Shown: one piece after another, positions 34,747-45,940 of the stretch
Layout of the letters: each line of letters opens with the position of its first letter
How positions within the stretch are numbered: the stretch's first letter is position 1
DNA from: Hyaloraphidium curvatum SAG 235-1
Taxonomy: Eukaryota > Fungi > Monoblepharomycota
DNA: 64,000 nucleotides
Assembly: GCA_025558095.1 (NCBI GenBank)
Contig: JAIVFI010000008.1
Location: forward strand, 186,001-250,000
Reading direction: 5' to 3'
Made by a program: the position numbers and the translations under genes
Notes under the pieces: generated by a model
The model's database searches: none
Told to the model about the DNA's origin: nothing
The model's input: the letters and a program-made list of their open reading frames with translations, nothing else

Positions 34747-35031
34747 ACTTGCTTTGCCGGATGGAGAGGAGGAGGATGGGGAACAAAAGGGCGAGATGAT
34801 GTGTCACTGTGTCGGCCGTGTCGGGCCAACGCATCCATCCATATCGTAATGTAGCTACCTTAGTTGTCTCCAGATTGATGGATTCGCTTGAGATCCGAGC
34901 CCGGGGCCGGGGACAGTATAAGAAGAAAGGCCGCGCCCGGAACGGGCGGGTGAGAGGTGGCGGTCGTCTCTTTTCCGTCGACCGGTCGACCGGCTCCAGC
35001 ACCGACGGCCCTCGCGATCCCGCGCGGAGCC

Positions 35032-37175
35032 ATGGCCATGCAGCTCAGAGCACACCGCTGGTGGCCCATCGCGGCCGGCGTCGCGCTCGCCGGCCTCGCC
35101 GCGCTCCCCCCGGCCGCGGCCGTCAGGCTCGGTTCCGAGGACTGGTTCGCGGGCAACGGCGGTCGTCCGGGCTGCGTCAATACCTTCGAGAATTTTGATT
35201 CCCCCGGCGTTCTCGGGTCCGCGTGGGCCGTGAACGGCGCGAGCTTCGTGAACGAGGAGGGCTCGGACCGCGTCTCGATAGAGGGCGGCGAGCTGCGGAT
35301 CAGGATGGTCAAGAAGTGAGTACCTGCGCCGCGGATCATCCCGCTTCGATGCGTGGGAACGCGTCCGTCGCGGTGCGGGGCGGCCGGACCGGGATGCTGC
35401 CCGCGGCGTCGGCCGGGGGGATCCCTCGGCGATTCGGGCGACGACCGACCCGGTCTCCCCCGGCCCTACGCTCCGATCGGGGCCTCAGACCGTCCCCGTT
35501 CCACTTGGTGCTCACACCGTCCTCCTTCCGCAGCTACATCAACTCCTACGGCCGCTGGACCGGCGCCGGCGGCACCGTCACCTGGTCGCACCTCCTCGAC
35601 ACGGGCAAAGTCTGCGTGCGGATGAAGGCCGCCCGCGGCGGCGGGCTGGTCACGGCGTTCATGCTGTCGTCGTACACGGACGGCGTCCAGGTGGACGATG
35701 AGCTCGACGTGGGTTCCTCTCCTGCGAAGTGTGGCGTTCGGGGCTGATCTGGCCGTCCTGCAGATGGAAGTCGTCGGCGGAGACATGTTCCACTGGCAGA
35801 GCAACTTCTTCCCTCAGAACCACGGAGAGTGAGTTGGGCGAGAGCAGGGCTCCAAGTCGCGCATGCTGACCTTCTCCGCAGCTACTGCCAATCCGGCCTC
35901 CACGACGCGCCCGGCGACCTGAACGGCGAGTTCCGTGGGTATCTTTTGCGGTGCGGAGATGGGTGAAAACGCTGCCTACGTGTTGCTCGGCCTCGCGACT
36001 CCCACGCCTGGCTTTGAGCGTCAAAGGCCTCTACCTGGATAAACGCGGAGATCGAACCAGCGCACCGGCGCGGGGGCCGACACGTCCGCCGTCCCCGTGG
36101 GCGGCGGGCAGGCCCCTTGCGGCAAACAGTGCCGGACATTGTCAATCTTTTTTTGGTGCTCGGTTGGGTTGGTTTGGTTTGGTGGAACTGATCACGAACC
36201 GTTGCCGCAGACACGTTCTGCATCGAGAGGTGCAGCACGCACATCACCTGGTCGATCGACGACGTCCCCCGACGCACCATCTGTGGGTTCCCATCCCTCC
36301 GGCCCGAGTCGATCGCTCATCCACGTTTCCACAACAGACCGCCAGGACCTCTGCAACGACCTCTGGCCCGGCCGCCCCGCCAAGGTCGTCCTCGCGACCC
36401 TCTGGGACGGCGGCACCGGCGCCCCCGGCACCGCGCTGTGGTCCGGCGGCCCGACCGACTGGTCCCAGGACACGCGGCAGCCCGACTACAGGGTCAGCAT
36501 CGACTGGTTCTCGGTCAGGTGCGGGTGCGACGGCAGCGTGCCCCCGCAGCCGGGGTACCAGCAGCTGTTTGATTGCGGGTTCAAGCCGGGCACGATCGAT
36601 CCGTTCACGGGGCAGCCGATTGCGGCGTCGTTCCCGACCGTGCCGGGGCTTCCCAACGGGTGCTGGGTGGGTTTACGTGGCGCTCGCACGGGCTCAAGTG
36701 CTGATGTTCTCTTCAGCGCGGATGGTGGCACCCGTACAACGGTACCTACGACAGCTGGCACCCTCCGAGCGGCGCGCCGCCGAGCGGCGGCGGCGGCGGA
36801 GGCAGCACCAGCGGCGGCAGCACCGGAGGCGGCAGCGGCGGCGGCACCCCCCCACCCGTCGACGGCTCCGGCTGCCCCCTCATCCCCGACTCGGGCCCCG
36901 ACTACGGCGGCACGCGCTGGCAGTGCCTCCGCGACCCCTCGGGCGCCGACGCCTACGCGCCCGTCAAGCGCACCTCGTACGGCGAGAGCGCGTGCATGAG
37001 CACCGACTCGCGCAACTGCATCTGGGTGCCGCAGGCGTGCTGCGAGGCGCTGGTGGCCAAGGGCAGCGGGAGGAACCCGTTCCTGGCGTGCGGGGACAGG
37101 CACAGGGAGGTATGGGGGAGCACGGGGTACGAGGCGGACGGTTGGTGCTCGCGTGTCCGGGACATGCAGTTCTGA
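35032..37175 (+). CDS. Secreted GH16 glycoside hydrolase/transglycosylase (Crh-like) with Gly/Ser linker and C-terminal Cys-rich module, multi-exon
   Basis: Signal peptide; MKAARGGGLVTAFML; catalytic DELD/MEVVG (ExDxE across an intron); ITWSIDD; LWDGG...GT..WSGGPTDW. Confidence 0.88.
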
Positions 37176-37615
37176 GGCGTGGGTGGAAGGGGGAAGGGGA
37201 CGGAAACCGGGGAGGGAGGGAAACAAGGGACGGGGGACGGTGAGGCGCTGGCGCCACCGCCGATCGCCCGCGGGGAAAAACCTATCGCGCACCTGCGTCG
37301 CATATATCGACTGTCTATTCGCTACATATGTCCTGCGTCGACCGCATTCCCGCCTCTTGATGTTCTCGGCTTGTTGGTGGGGCTTGCAGCAGCGCGAGAA
37401 TGGGTGCGGCAACCCGACGACTGAGGCCCTGCCGACCCCGGAAACCGACGGGGAAGATTTGAATTTCCAATTTCCGTGCCTCCGATGCCGGTTCTGATGT
37501 GGGCTGGCCGGTGTGGGCGGCGCAGATTGGGGAACGACTTTTGATCGTTTTGGGTCCCACGGCGGCACTGCTGAGCGCACCCCACACACCGACCGGACTC
37601 ACAGGGACGGGCCCG

Positions 37616-40306
37616 ATGCGCCGCCGCCGGCGAGCGGGCTGGGGGCTGCTCGCGCTGGGAGTGCTGGGAGCAGCGGGGACCGCGATGGGCGCAGTGGTCC
37701 GGAGGGGTCCTACCCTCGAGACGGTCCCGCTGCCGCCGCTTCTTTACGGCCATACGCTGCCGGCGATCGCGTCGCGCGCGTACGCCATCGGCGGGGCGAT
37801 CCCGCAGCCGCCGCTGTTTGCGCCCGCCGCGTCCGACCCGCTGTCGGCGACGGTGTACTTCCTCGACGTGCCGGGCGCGCTGGCCGGGCAGGACTCGCCG
37901 TGGGCCGTCGACGCCGCGGCAACCGTCGCCGTGCTCGGCCCGCAGGCCGGCCCCGGGGGCGCCGGCACGAAGCCGCCGCCGCTGGTGCACCACTGCGCAG
38001 TGCCCGTCGGGCCACGCATCCTGGTGCTGTTCGGCCAGACAGTGGCTCCCGACGGCGCGCGCATCCCCTCGCCGTACCCGCCGCTGTGGTTCGACCCCGC
38101 CGACGGCTCGTGGACGCCGCTGCGCCAGGAGGGCGCCGACTGGATCACGCCGGCCCCGCGCTACTACCACTCGTGCGCCTTCCACGGCAAGACCGCCCGC
38201 GTCTTCGTCTTCGGCGGCGTCAAGAAGGAGGCAGACGGCCCCGAGGAGGAGACCGGCGAGCTGTGGACGCTCGACGTCAACGACGGCTGGTGGGAGGAGG
38301 TCGACCTGCGGCGCATCGGCGGCGAGAGTCTGGAGCGGCGCCGCGTCGGGAGCACCATGCACATCGTCAACGGGTGCGTCGTCCGCCGGCCGCCTGCTTC
38401 CGCAGCTGACCATCCCGCAGCGCCTCCAACTACCTCTTCATCTGCTTCGGTTCACCCGGCGTGAACGTGCGGCCGCTGGACCCGTCGTGCAACATCCTCG
38501 ACATCGCGGGCGCCTTTCCGTCCAACATCACCCTCCTCCCCGCCAACGTGCTCGCCGGCACTCCCCCGCGCCCGCGCATGTACTCCTCCTTCTCCACCAA
38601 GATCCCCTACGAGAACTCGGTCATGTTCGGCTACGGCGGCTACGACGGCGCCGAGTATATGGAGGACCTCTTCGCCATCGACGCCTCGGGCCTGCCCGCC
38701 AACGCCTCGTGGATCCCCGTGGTCCCGACCCCGCAGTACCCCAACCCGAAGCGCTACCGCCCCGGCCCCCGTTCGGACTACGGCCGGCTGATCCCGCTTC
38801 CGCTGCCCGTGCAGACCCCGGGCATGCCGCAGCCGCAGCTCCTCTGGGGCGGCTCCACCGGCCCCGCCAAGAACCTCTCCCGCGCGCTGCCGCCGCTGCT
38901 GCCCAACACCTCGTACGCCCTGTCGACGATCTTCTCGCTGGACCCCGGCACGTGGGGCTGGGAGGCTTCGTACCCCTCCCCGGTGTCGCCGGGGGATCAG
39001 GTGTCGCTGTGGGACCAGCCTGGGTGGAAGTGGGGCGTGGCGGCGGCGTGCTTGGGAGCCGCGCTGGTGCTGTTTGCGATAATGCTGTGGAGATGCATCG
39101 CCAGGGGCGGGGCCAAGGATCCCGACAGGTGGGCCTCGGCGCGGCGTACCGTTCGGACGGCGCTGACCATTCGCGGGTTCGCAGGATGTTGATACCCATC
39201 ATCGGGCGCATATGGCGCCCCGATGTCGGCTACGACGAGGAGGACGAGCTGCGGAGAAAGGGCAGCAAGAGGGAGATGGAGAGCATCAAGAATCCCAAGG
39301 TGGTTAAGCCTACATGTGTTTCGGCTGAAAGTCTGCTGACAGTTCTTGTGTGCCTCAATCACAGGTGCTCGGGACCGGCGAGGTGCTCGCCACCGAACCG
39401 TGGAAGTCGACGCCCAGCAATCAGGTCTCGCCCGTTGACGACGAGGTCGGCAGCCCCATGCGCCGCTCCGTCGCCGGGTTCGCGGCGACCCTGGGCCGCA
39501 CCATGTCCATGGTCACCGGCAGCAGGGCGCCGCAGTCGCCCGCCTCCCCGCCTGCCGACACAAACGAGGAGTTCCTCGACTCACTGGGCCCGCACGCCAG
39601 CGCGGCGTTCGAGCGGCGCTCGCTGGTCACGGTGGGCTCCAAGCGGGACAACCTCGCCGCCGCCGCCGCCGCGGGCCTTCTCGGCTCGCAGGCCCCGCCC
39701 GACCGGCGCTCCCGCACGGCGTCCAAGCGCCACTCGGTCGGCGGCCTCCCCACCGCCGCCGACGACTCGGAGTCGGACTACGAGGCGTCGCCCGACAGCG
39801 CGGATTCCGCGCCCGCGGCGCCCGTGCCGCTCGTGCCGGTGCACTACGCATCCAGCCTCCCCGAGGGCATGACCCTCTACGACCTGTTTTCGACCCCGCA
39901 GCCGCCCCCCAGCGAGCCCGCGCTCATCGACCCCGCGGCGGCCGGCAAGCCGCCCCCCGCGCGCTCCGCGCCGCGGATGATCGAGAACTCGCTCCCCTCG
40001 TGGGAGATGGCCGCGCCCGCCCCCCGAAAAGCGCCGCCGGGGACCCGGATCCTCACGTACGACCTCTTCGCGGGCGTCGGCTCCTCGGGGTCGCCCGTGG
40101 CGGTCTCGGCAACGAGCAACCCGAGCAACCCCAGCCGCCCCCTGCGGCGCACCGGCACGTCGTCGTCGCAGCCGGTGCGGGGTTCGGGGACGGGGCAGAA
40201 GCGGGCCGACAGCGGGGCCGAGAGCGAGGGCGAGGCGGAGAGGAAGCTGGTGGTCTCGAACCCGGACGAGCATCCCGAGAGCGGGGGGCGGGAGCCGCAG
40301 GCATGA
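37616..40306 (+). CDS. Kelch-repeat single-pass membrane protein, multi-exon
   Basis: N-terminal hydrophobic signal; kelch repeats (LYGHT..YAIGG; PAPRYYHSC..VFVFGG; PRPRMY..MFGYGG); TM WGVAAACLGAALVLFAIMLW; Ser/Pro-rich tail. Confidence 0.8.
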
Positions 40307-40401
40307 GCGGCGGGGCATGTTGCATCGACTCGGTCTGTGTACGGCGTGGAATCTTGGTCATCATTGAATGAGAGGCTCAGTTATTGCCCGACGTCTGCGT
40401 T

Positions 40402-40995
40402 CTAGAGATCCCTCGGGGGGCCCATCTTTGCTGCGTAGTCTGCCAGCGCCTTTTCCCAGTGCTTCTTTGTCAGTCCCTCTGGGCAGTAGAAGCAGTGGAC
40501 CCCAAGCGGGGAGACGGCCCGGATGTTGCCGTATTCTGCTCGGCGGCGTCAGACGGCGGACTGCCGTGTGCTCGCGCGTCGCCTACCATTGTCGAAGAAG
40601 ATCATTTCGGAAAACGGTATGCCCAGCGTCTCCCTCATGTGCTGGAAATGCTCCGTTTTGCTGCGCTTCGATAGCACGACCGCTTTCGGCTCCAGCACGT
40701 CGGCCACCTTGACGCCCTTTTCGACTTCCATCGTCGCCAGGCATTCCCGGGCCCAGGACGGTTCGTCCGTCTTGCTGGAGATGCCCACCAGCACATCGGG
40801 CCGCAAGCGCGAGAGCTGCAGCAGGGCCGCCCGCGAATGGCCAATGAGCCGCACGTGGGTCCCGCTGCGGTCCGTGCAGTCCAGAGATTTCGGATCCAGA
40901 CGAAAGGGCGAGCCTCCGGAGCCCCAGAGCTCATAAATTTCTGGACTCCACAGAAGGCCGTCCAGGTCGAAGACGACGAGCCGCGGGAGGCGCAT
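40402..40995 (-). CDS. MDP1: Magnesium-dependent phosphatase 1 (HAD class IIIC)
   Basis: LPRLVVFDLDGLLW; SSKT; SKTEHF; EMIFFDN/E across an intron; last exon YGNIRAVSPLGVHCF..EGLT. Confidence 0.88.
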
Positions 40996-41182
40996 CGCGA
41001 CGGAAACCGCGGCAAGAATAGGTGCAATACGTAATCTCGAGGTTCGTTTGTCTCTACTTTTGAAACAATGGGCGTTTGGATAAGCCAGGAAGTCAAGGCC
41101 GTCTCAAAAGGACGCCTGCAACTCACGTCGTGGGCCTCGCTGGTTCTTGCAGCCCGATCGCTCTACTATTACTCTCCTCCAC

Positions 41183-42664
41183 CTAGCTGTTGTCTAAACC
41201 CCAGATATCCGTTCCCGAGCTGCCCACTTCGTTCTTCTTGTCGGCCCTGATCAGATCCGACTGCTTCCGCGCCTCGACCTTGGCGGCGTCGATCTCGCCC
41301 TCAAACTCGGACGGCGACGCGAGATCGCCGAGCGCGGGCCACTTCGCCGTCCAGTTGGGATCCGGGTTCGTGCGCCACTTGTACGCCTCGGTGTACTGGT
41401 TCGAGACGCCCATGAGCGAATCCAGGATCACGTCGCCGATCACGGGGGCGAACTTGAAGGCGTGGCCCGAGCCACCCGTGGCGATGTGCAGGCCCGCGAC
41501 GGTCGGGTGCGGGCAGATGAGGAAGCGGCCGTCGAACGAGTCCGTGTACCAGCATATCCGCGTCGATTCCACTTTGCCCTTCTCCTCCAGCTCCGGCAGG
41601 TTCCTGCGCACCCAATCCCTGATGAAATGGAGCTCTTTGCGCGGAATCGTGAAGGAATTGCCGGCCGGGACCTGACCATCCTCAATGGTACCGCCGGTGA
41701 CAAAGGTTGCGGGCCCGGTCTCCGGTTTGGGCAGCTTGTATCCGGGAGAGTGGTTCGCGATCTTGACCAGGCCTGTCTCGTCGTGCACCGGGAATCCGTA
41801 GTATCCAGTGCGCACGACGTCGGCGAACCACACCGTGAATCCGCCGGCCTCGGTGAATCGGGCGTGTGCCTGGGGGTCCGTGAGCCTGTAATGAACGACA
41901 GACTGCGCGGTCGGCAAGAGGAGCGCGGATAGCTCCGGGAGTAGGGACGGCGACCAAGCTCCAGCACAAACGACCGTGTAGTCCGCAGAGATGATCTTTG
42001 GTTCTGCTGCACCAGGCTCGAGGCACTTGACGCCCGTCACTCGCCCATCGACTCCGTAGACGAAGGACTGAACGGGATGGTTCGGAAGGAGCCGCACACC
42101 GAGATCGGTCGCTTCGTCTGCCATCCTGGCGACCGTCTTCTCAGCCAGACCCAATCCGCACCACTTGTTCAGATACCCGCCCTTGTAATCGCCTTGCCCG
42201 TGAACGGCAGAGTGCCACGCTTGCGGCAGGACGTCCTTGTTTGCCGGATCGACGACCCCGTCCACGACGTACGATCCCAGGCCGTTCGTGAACATGGCAG
42301 CGCGCGAAGCCATCTCGTACTTTGATGAGGGAGCATCAAGCGGGTCTTTTGAAAGGACAAGGACGCCGCAAGGGTGAAAGACGGAGGCCCTGCCCCGCTT
42401 CTCGTCCTCGGCGTTCCATTCGAGGAACCTCCGAATGGCATCGTTGCCCAGGTCCGTGTGCAGCGAGTCCAGACCGTAGTCGCAGCGCACCACCTTGTTC
42501 AGATCGACCGAGGAGGCATCGGGCGCAGGGATGCCGAGCCGCTCGACGACGGTGACTTCCTTGGTCGGGAACTTCTTCTTGATCGAGATGGCCGTCCCGA
42601 GGCCAAAGATTCCGGCTCCGACGATGAGAACCGAGTTTGCGGAGTCGAATCCGCCGACCGTCAT
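41183..42664 (-). CDS. FAD-dependent amine oxidase (sarcosine/pipecolate/fructosyl-amino-acid oxidase family), intronless
   Basis: VLIVGAGIFG; ASSVDLNKVVRCDYG; CAGAWS; YYGFP; RICWYTDSFDGRFLI; ATGGSGHAFKF.PVIG. Confidence 0.9.
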   Translation of the reverse strand: MTVGGFDSANSVLIVGAGIFGLGTAISIKKKFPTKEVTVVERLGIPAPDASSVDLNKVVRCDYGLDSLHTDLGNDAIRRFLEWNAEDEKRGRASVFHPCGVLVLSKDPLDAPSSKYEMASRAAMFTNGLGSYVVDGVVDPANKDVLPQAWHSAVHGQGDYKGGYLNKWCGLGLAEKTVARMADEATDLGVRLLPNHPVQSFVYGVDGRVTGVKCLEPGAAEPKIISADYTVVCAGAWSPSLLPELSALLLPTAQSVVHYRLTDPQAHARFTEAGGFTVWFADVVRTGYYGFPVHDETGLVKIANHSPGYKLPKPETGPATFVTGGTIEDGQVPAGNSFTIPRKELHFIRDWVRRNLPELEEKGKVESTRICWYTDSFDGRFLICPHPTVAGLHIATGGSGHAFKFAPVIGDVILDSLMGVSNQYTEAYKWRTNPDPNWTAKWPALGDLASPSEFEGEIDAAKVEARKQSDLIRADKKNEVGSSGTDIWGLDNS

Positions 42665-43860
42665 GGCTATTTCGCAGCCTGCGGAAGGAGCGATCCGTGT
42701 CGTCGCGCGCGATCGGGATAGGGATGGCGGAGAAACGATCGGATCGACGTTCGGACGTTGTTCGGCGCGTTGCCAGCTAGCTTCGTTCAGCGCGAAAAAT
42801 GCCTCAGTCGGCCGCCGATACGTTCGATTTGTCCGAGCTGTTTGGGTTCGTCCCCTTCGTCGCGTGGAGCTCTTGGAGACGGACGATTGAGTATTCACAG
42901 CAAGGGCGGGCTGCAGGGTCTTCCGCCCATCGCGGTGACATTTAACGTGTCGAAAGAGCTTTCTGGGGCACCAAAAGGTTCTTGCTTTCATGCAAGTTGA
43001 GCGATGGCCACTGACGGGCCCGCATTAGTCGTCGATGACTTCAATGACGCCGTGGCCGACCTTGCCAAAGCACTAAACAGTTTCTCGACGAGCATGCGTG
43101 TTGGTACAAGACATGGCCACGAGATTCGGTGTTGACTCGTGCATTCATTTGACAGGACATGGAGAGGACTGCAAGCCGCGCCGTGAACTTCGCATGGATA
43201 GCACTCGTCGTTGGAGCTTGCTTTGGAGGACTGGGCATCGCTACAGCATTCTGGAATCGACCTCCTGCCAAAGAGCCATGATCTTTGATTCCCTAGTTCC
43301 GCAACGCTGCCGTAAAGCCGATGGAGGCTTATGTGCCCGGCGCTGCTACAGATCCCTCGCGGAAGCCCACTCCGCTCTGTTTAGGACACGGTTCACGGTG
43401 CAATCGTTGCACGCTGGGCAATTGTCACGTCAAGTAGCATTACGGATTGAGCTGTTCAAAGCTTTACGGCGATCTTGGAGAACTGGCAACACTGCCTTCC
43501 TGGGCTTCTTGGAAGCATGTCGTATGCTGTAGTCCGTGCTCGGTACGAAGCGACGTGGACCTTGATCCCTCCATAGAAGGGCGGATAGATGATCTCCTCT
43601 TCGGCTCCGGTGGATGGTGGATGGAAACCGATCGGTAAGCTTCCAGGTGCGGACCATACAGTAGCGTTCCATAGCTCTGAACCGAAAGGTACGGCCGAGC
43701 GACGAACGTGAATGGTCCGGGGTTTTCAGGGCAGTCCTCAGGGACTGTGCTTGTGCGCGCCACACCTCGCGAGTCTCCGGCCCCGCCTCTAGAGCGCGGT
43801 AGTGGCCGCGGAACCCCTGCTGTTCCTTCCTACTGAGCCTCTCAGTCACTCGCGGAGGCA

Positions 43861-45929
43861 TGATGTCGGGATCGGCGAACGGGAGCCCCCAGCTTCCGCC
43901 GGCCATCGCCAGGGGCCTGAGTCCCCCGATTCCCCCGGAGCGCTACCCGTCCCCCGCTCCATCGCTGCCGCCGACGTCGGAGGACTTTGAGATTACATCT
44001 TTGGGGCCCTGCACGATTCCCACACCGCTGGACTTTGTGCACGTTGTGACAGATGTGAGATATTTGCCCTTGTCGCGCTCCTCCTGTTTCCTCACCACGC
44101 AGTGGCCACTCAGAGCGACAGGATTTGGCTTGACGTATGATGTTCACGGGAGCTACGTCGGATAGACGCGTCTGACGCGGACCTGCTTTGTTGCAGCCCA
44201 ACTGCAACTCGACCACACAGGCGCAGCTCCTCAAAGCTGGCCCGAGGAGCCACATCTACTGGGATCCCGAGACGGTCAAGGTGCAGCTCTTTTCGTCGGT
44301 CCACCTGCTGTCTCGTCTGACCTCGTCAGGTCGGAATGGTGACCTGCGGCGGGCTTTGCCCGGCCTTGAACAATGTCATTCGCGAGCTTGTTCATTGCCT
44401 GCGCTACCGCTACAATGTCAAGGAAAAGATCTACGGGTTCCGATATGGGTTCGTTCCGCCCCAGGCTGGGTTGCTTTCAAGTTGCTGATCCGATGGCAGC
44501 TATTGGGGAATTGCCAACGAAACCTACGTTATGCTCGATGAAAACAAGGTCAAGGATGCCCACATGTTTGGCGGTACGATCCTCGGAACCAGCAGGTATG
44601 TTCTTCCCGGAGCACCGGCTTCGGCGCTTTTCGAGCCGAATCTGCAGAGGCAACCAGGACCCCGCAACGATGGTCGACGTCCTTGTGAAGCTGGGCATCA
44701 ACATTCTCTTTACCATTGGTGGGTGGTGCCGCTAGCCTGCTCGCTTTCACAACCTTACCCATCGTCCAAGGCGGTGACGGCACGCAGCGCGGCGCGTCGG
44801 CCATCTACAAGCAGATTGCCGAGCGCAAGATCCCCATCTCCGTGATCGGAATACCGAAATCGATCGACAACGACATTGCCTACATTGACAAGACGTTCGG
44901 ATTCGAGACTTCTGTGGAGCTTGCGCAACCTGCCCTGCGCGCTGCTCACGAGGAGGCGAGATCCATCAAGAACGGGATCGGCCTGGTGAAGCTCATGGGT
45001 CGCGAGTCCGGCTTCATTGCCCTCCATGCCTCACTGTCCTGCGGGGAAGTCAACATGCTGCTCATCCCCGAGGTCAAGTTCACGCTTGACGACATCCTGG
45101 ACTATCTGGAGGAACGGTTCAAGGACAAAGACCACGCTCTGATCGTGCTTGCTGAGGGTGCCGGCACTGTGGGTCTGCCATTCTTATTCAGCGGGAATAG
45201 CGCCCTGGTTTGACCTCTCCATCCAGGACATTCTGCCGCCGACGGGCAAATTCGACGCCAGTGGCAACGCAGTCCTGCAAGACAACGGGCCGTGGCTCAA
45301 GAATGAGATCCAGGAAGGGCTGAAGAAGCGAGGCCTCAAGGTTGGAAGATCGAGCTGCCATTTATCTCGGTGCTCTCTGACTTGATCCTATTTCCTCTCG
45401 CCTCCTCCAGGACGGACGGGTCATCTACATAGGTAGTCGGGAACTGCCGCCGATCGCAGTACCGCTGATCCGTTCTTCTCCCTCTCCGGTTACAGACCCA
45501 TCATACACAATCCGTGCCGGCGTTGCCAATTCCGAGGATGCTTTGTTTGCGGCCGTCCTGACGCAGAACTGCGTCCACGTCGCGATGGCGGGGAAGACGG
45601 ACTGCATTGTTGGAAGGGTCAACGGACAGGTGGGTGCCACTGACTGTCTCCGTGCCGACATGTCGTCTCAACCGTCTTTCTTTCCGCAGTTTGCGATGAT
45701 CCCAATTGAGAAAGCCACTCGCTTCCGGAAGCACGTCGATCGCTGGGGCACCTACTTCCAGGCTCTGCTGGACGCGACCGGCATGCCCTCGGAGGGCAAG
45801 GACAAGAAAGGGGCGGTGCCCTACATCGGCAAGGGGGCGCAGGGGTGGAAGGCGGCAAAGCGGCGTCTCACGGAGTTGCTGAAACTGAGTGATTTGCCTA
45901 TTGGCAGAACCGAAACGGACAATTTTTAG
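43861..45929 (+). CDS. PFK: 6-phosphofructokinase, single-domain plant/protist/bacterial clade-X type, many short exons
   Basis: AGPRSHIY; [16 protein letters not shown]; [10 protein letters not shown]; [10 protein letters not shown]; PKSIDND; FGFETSV; [12 protein letters not shown]; LIPE; [10 protein letters not shown]. Confidence 0.93.
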
Positions 45930-45940
45930 AAACACGCAGT

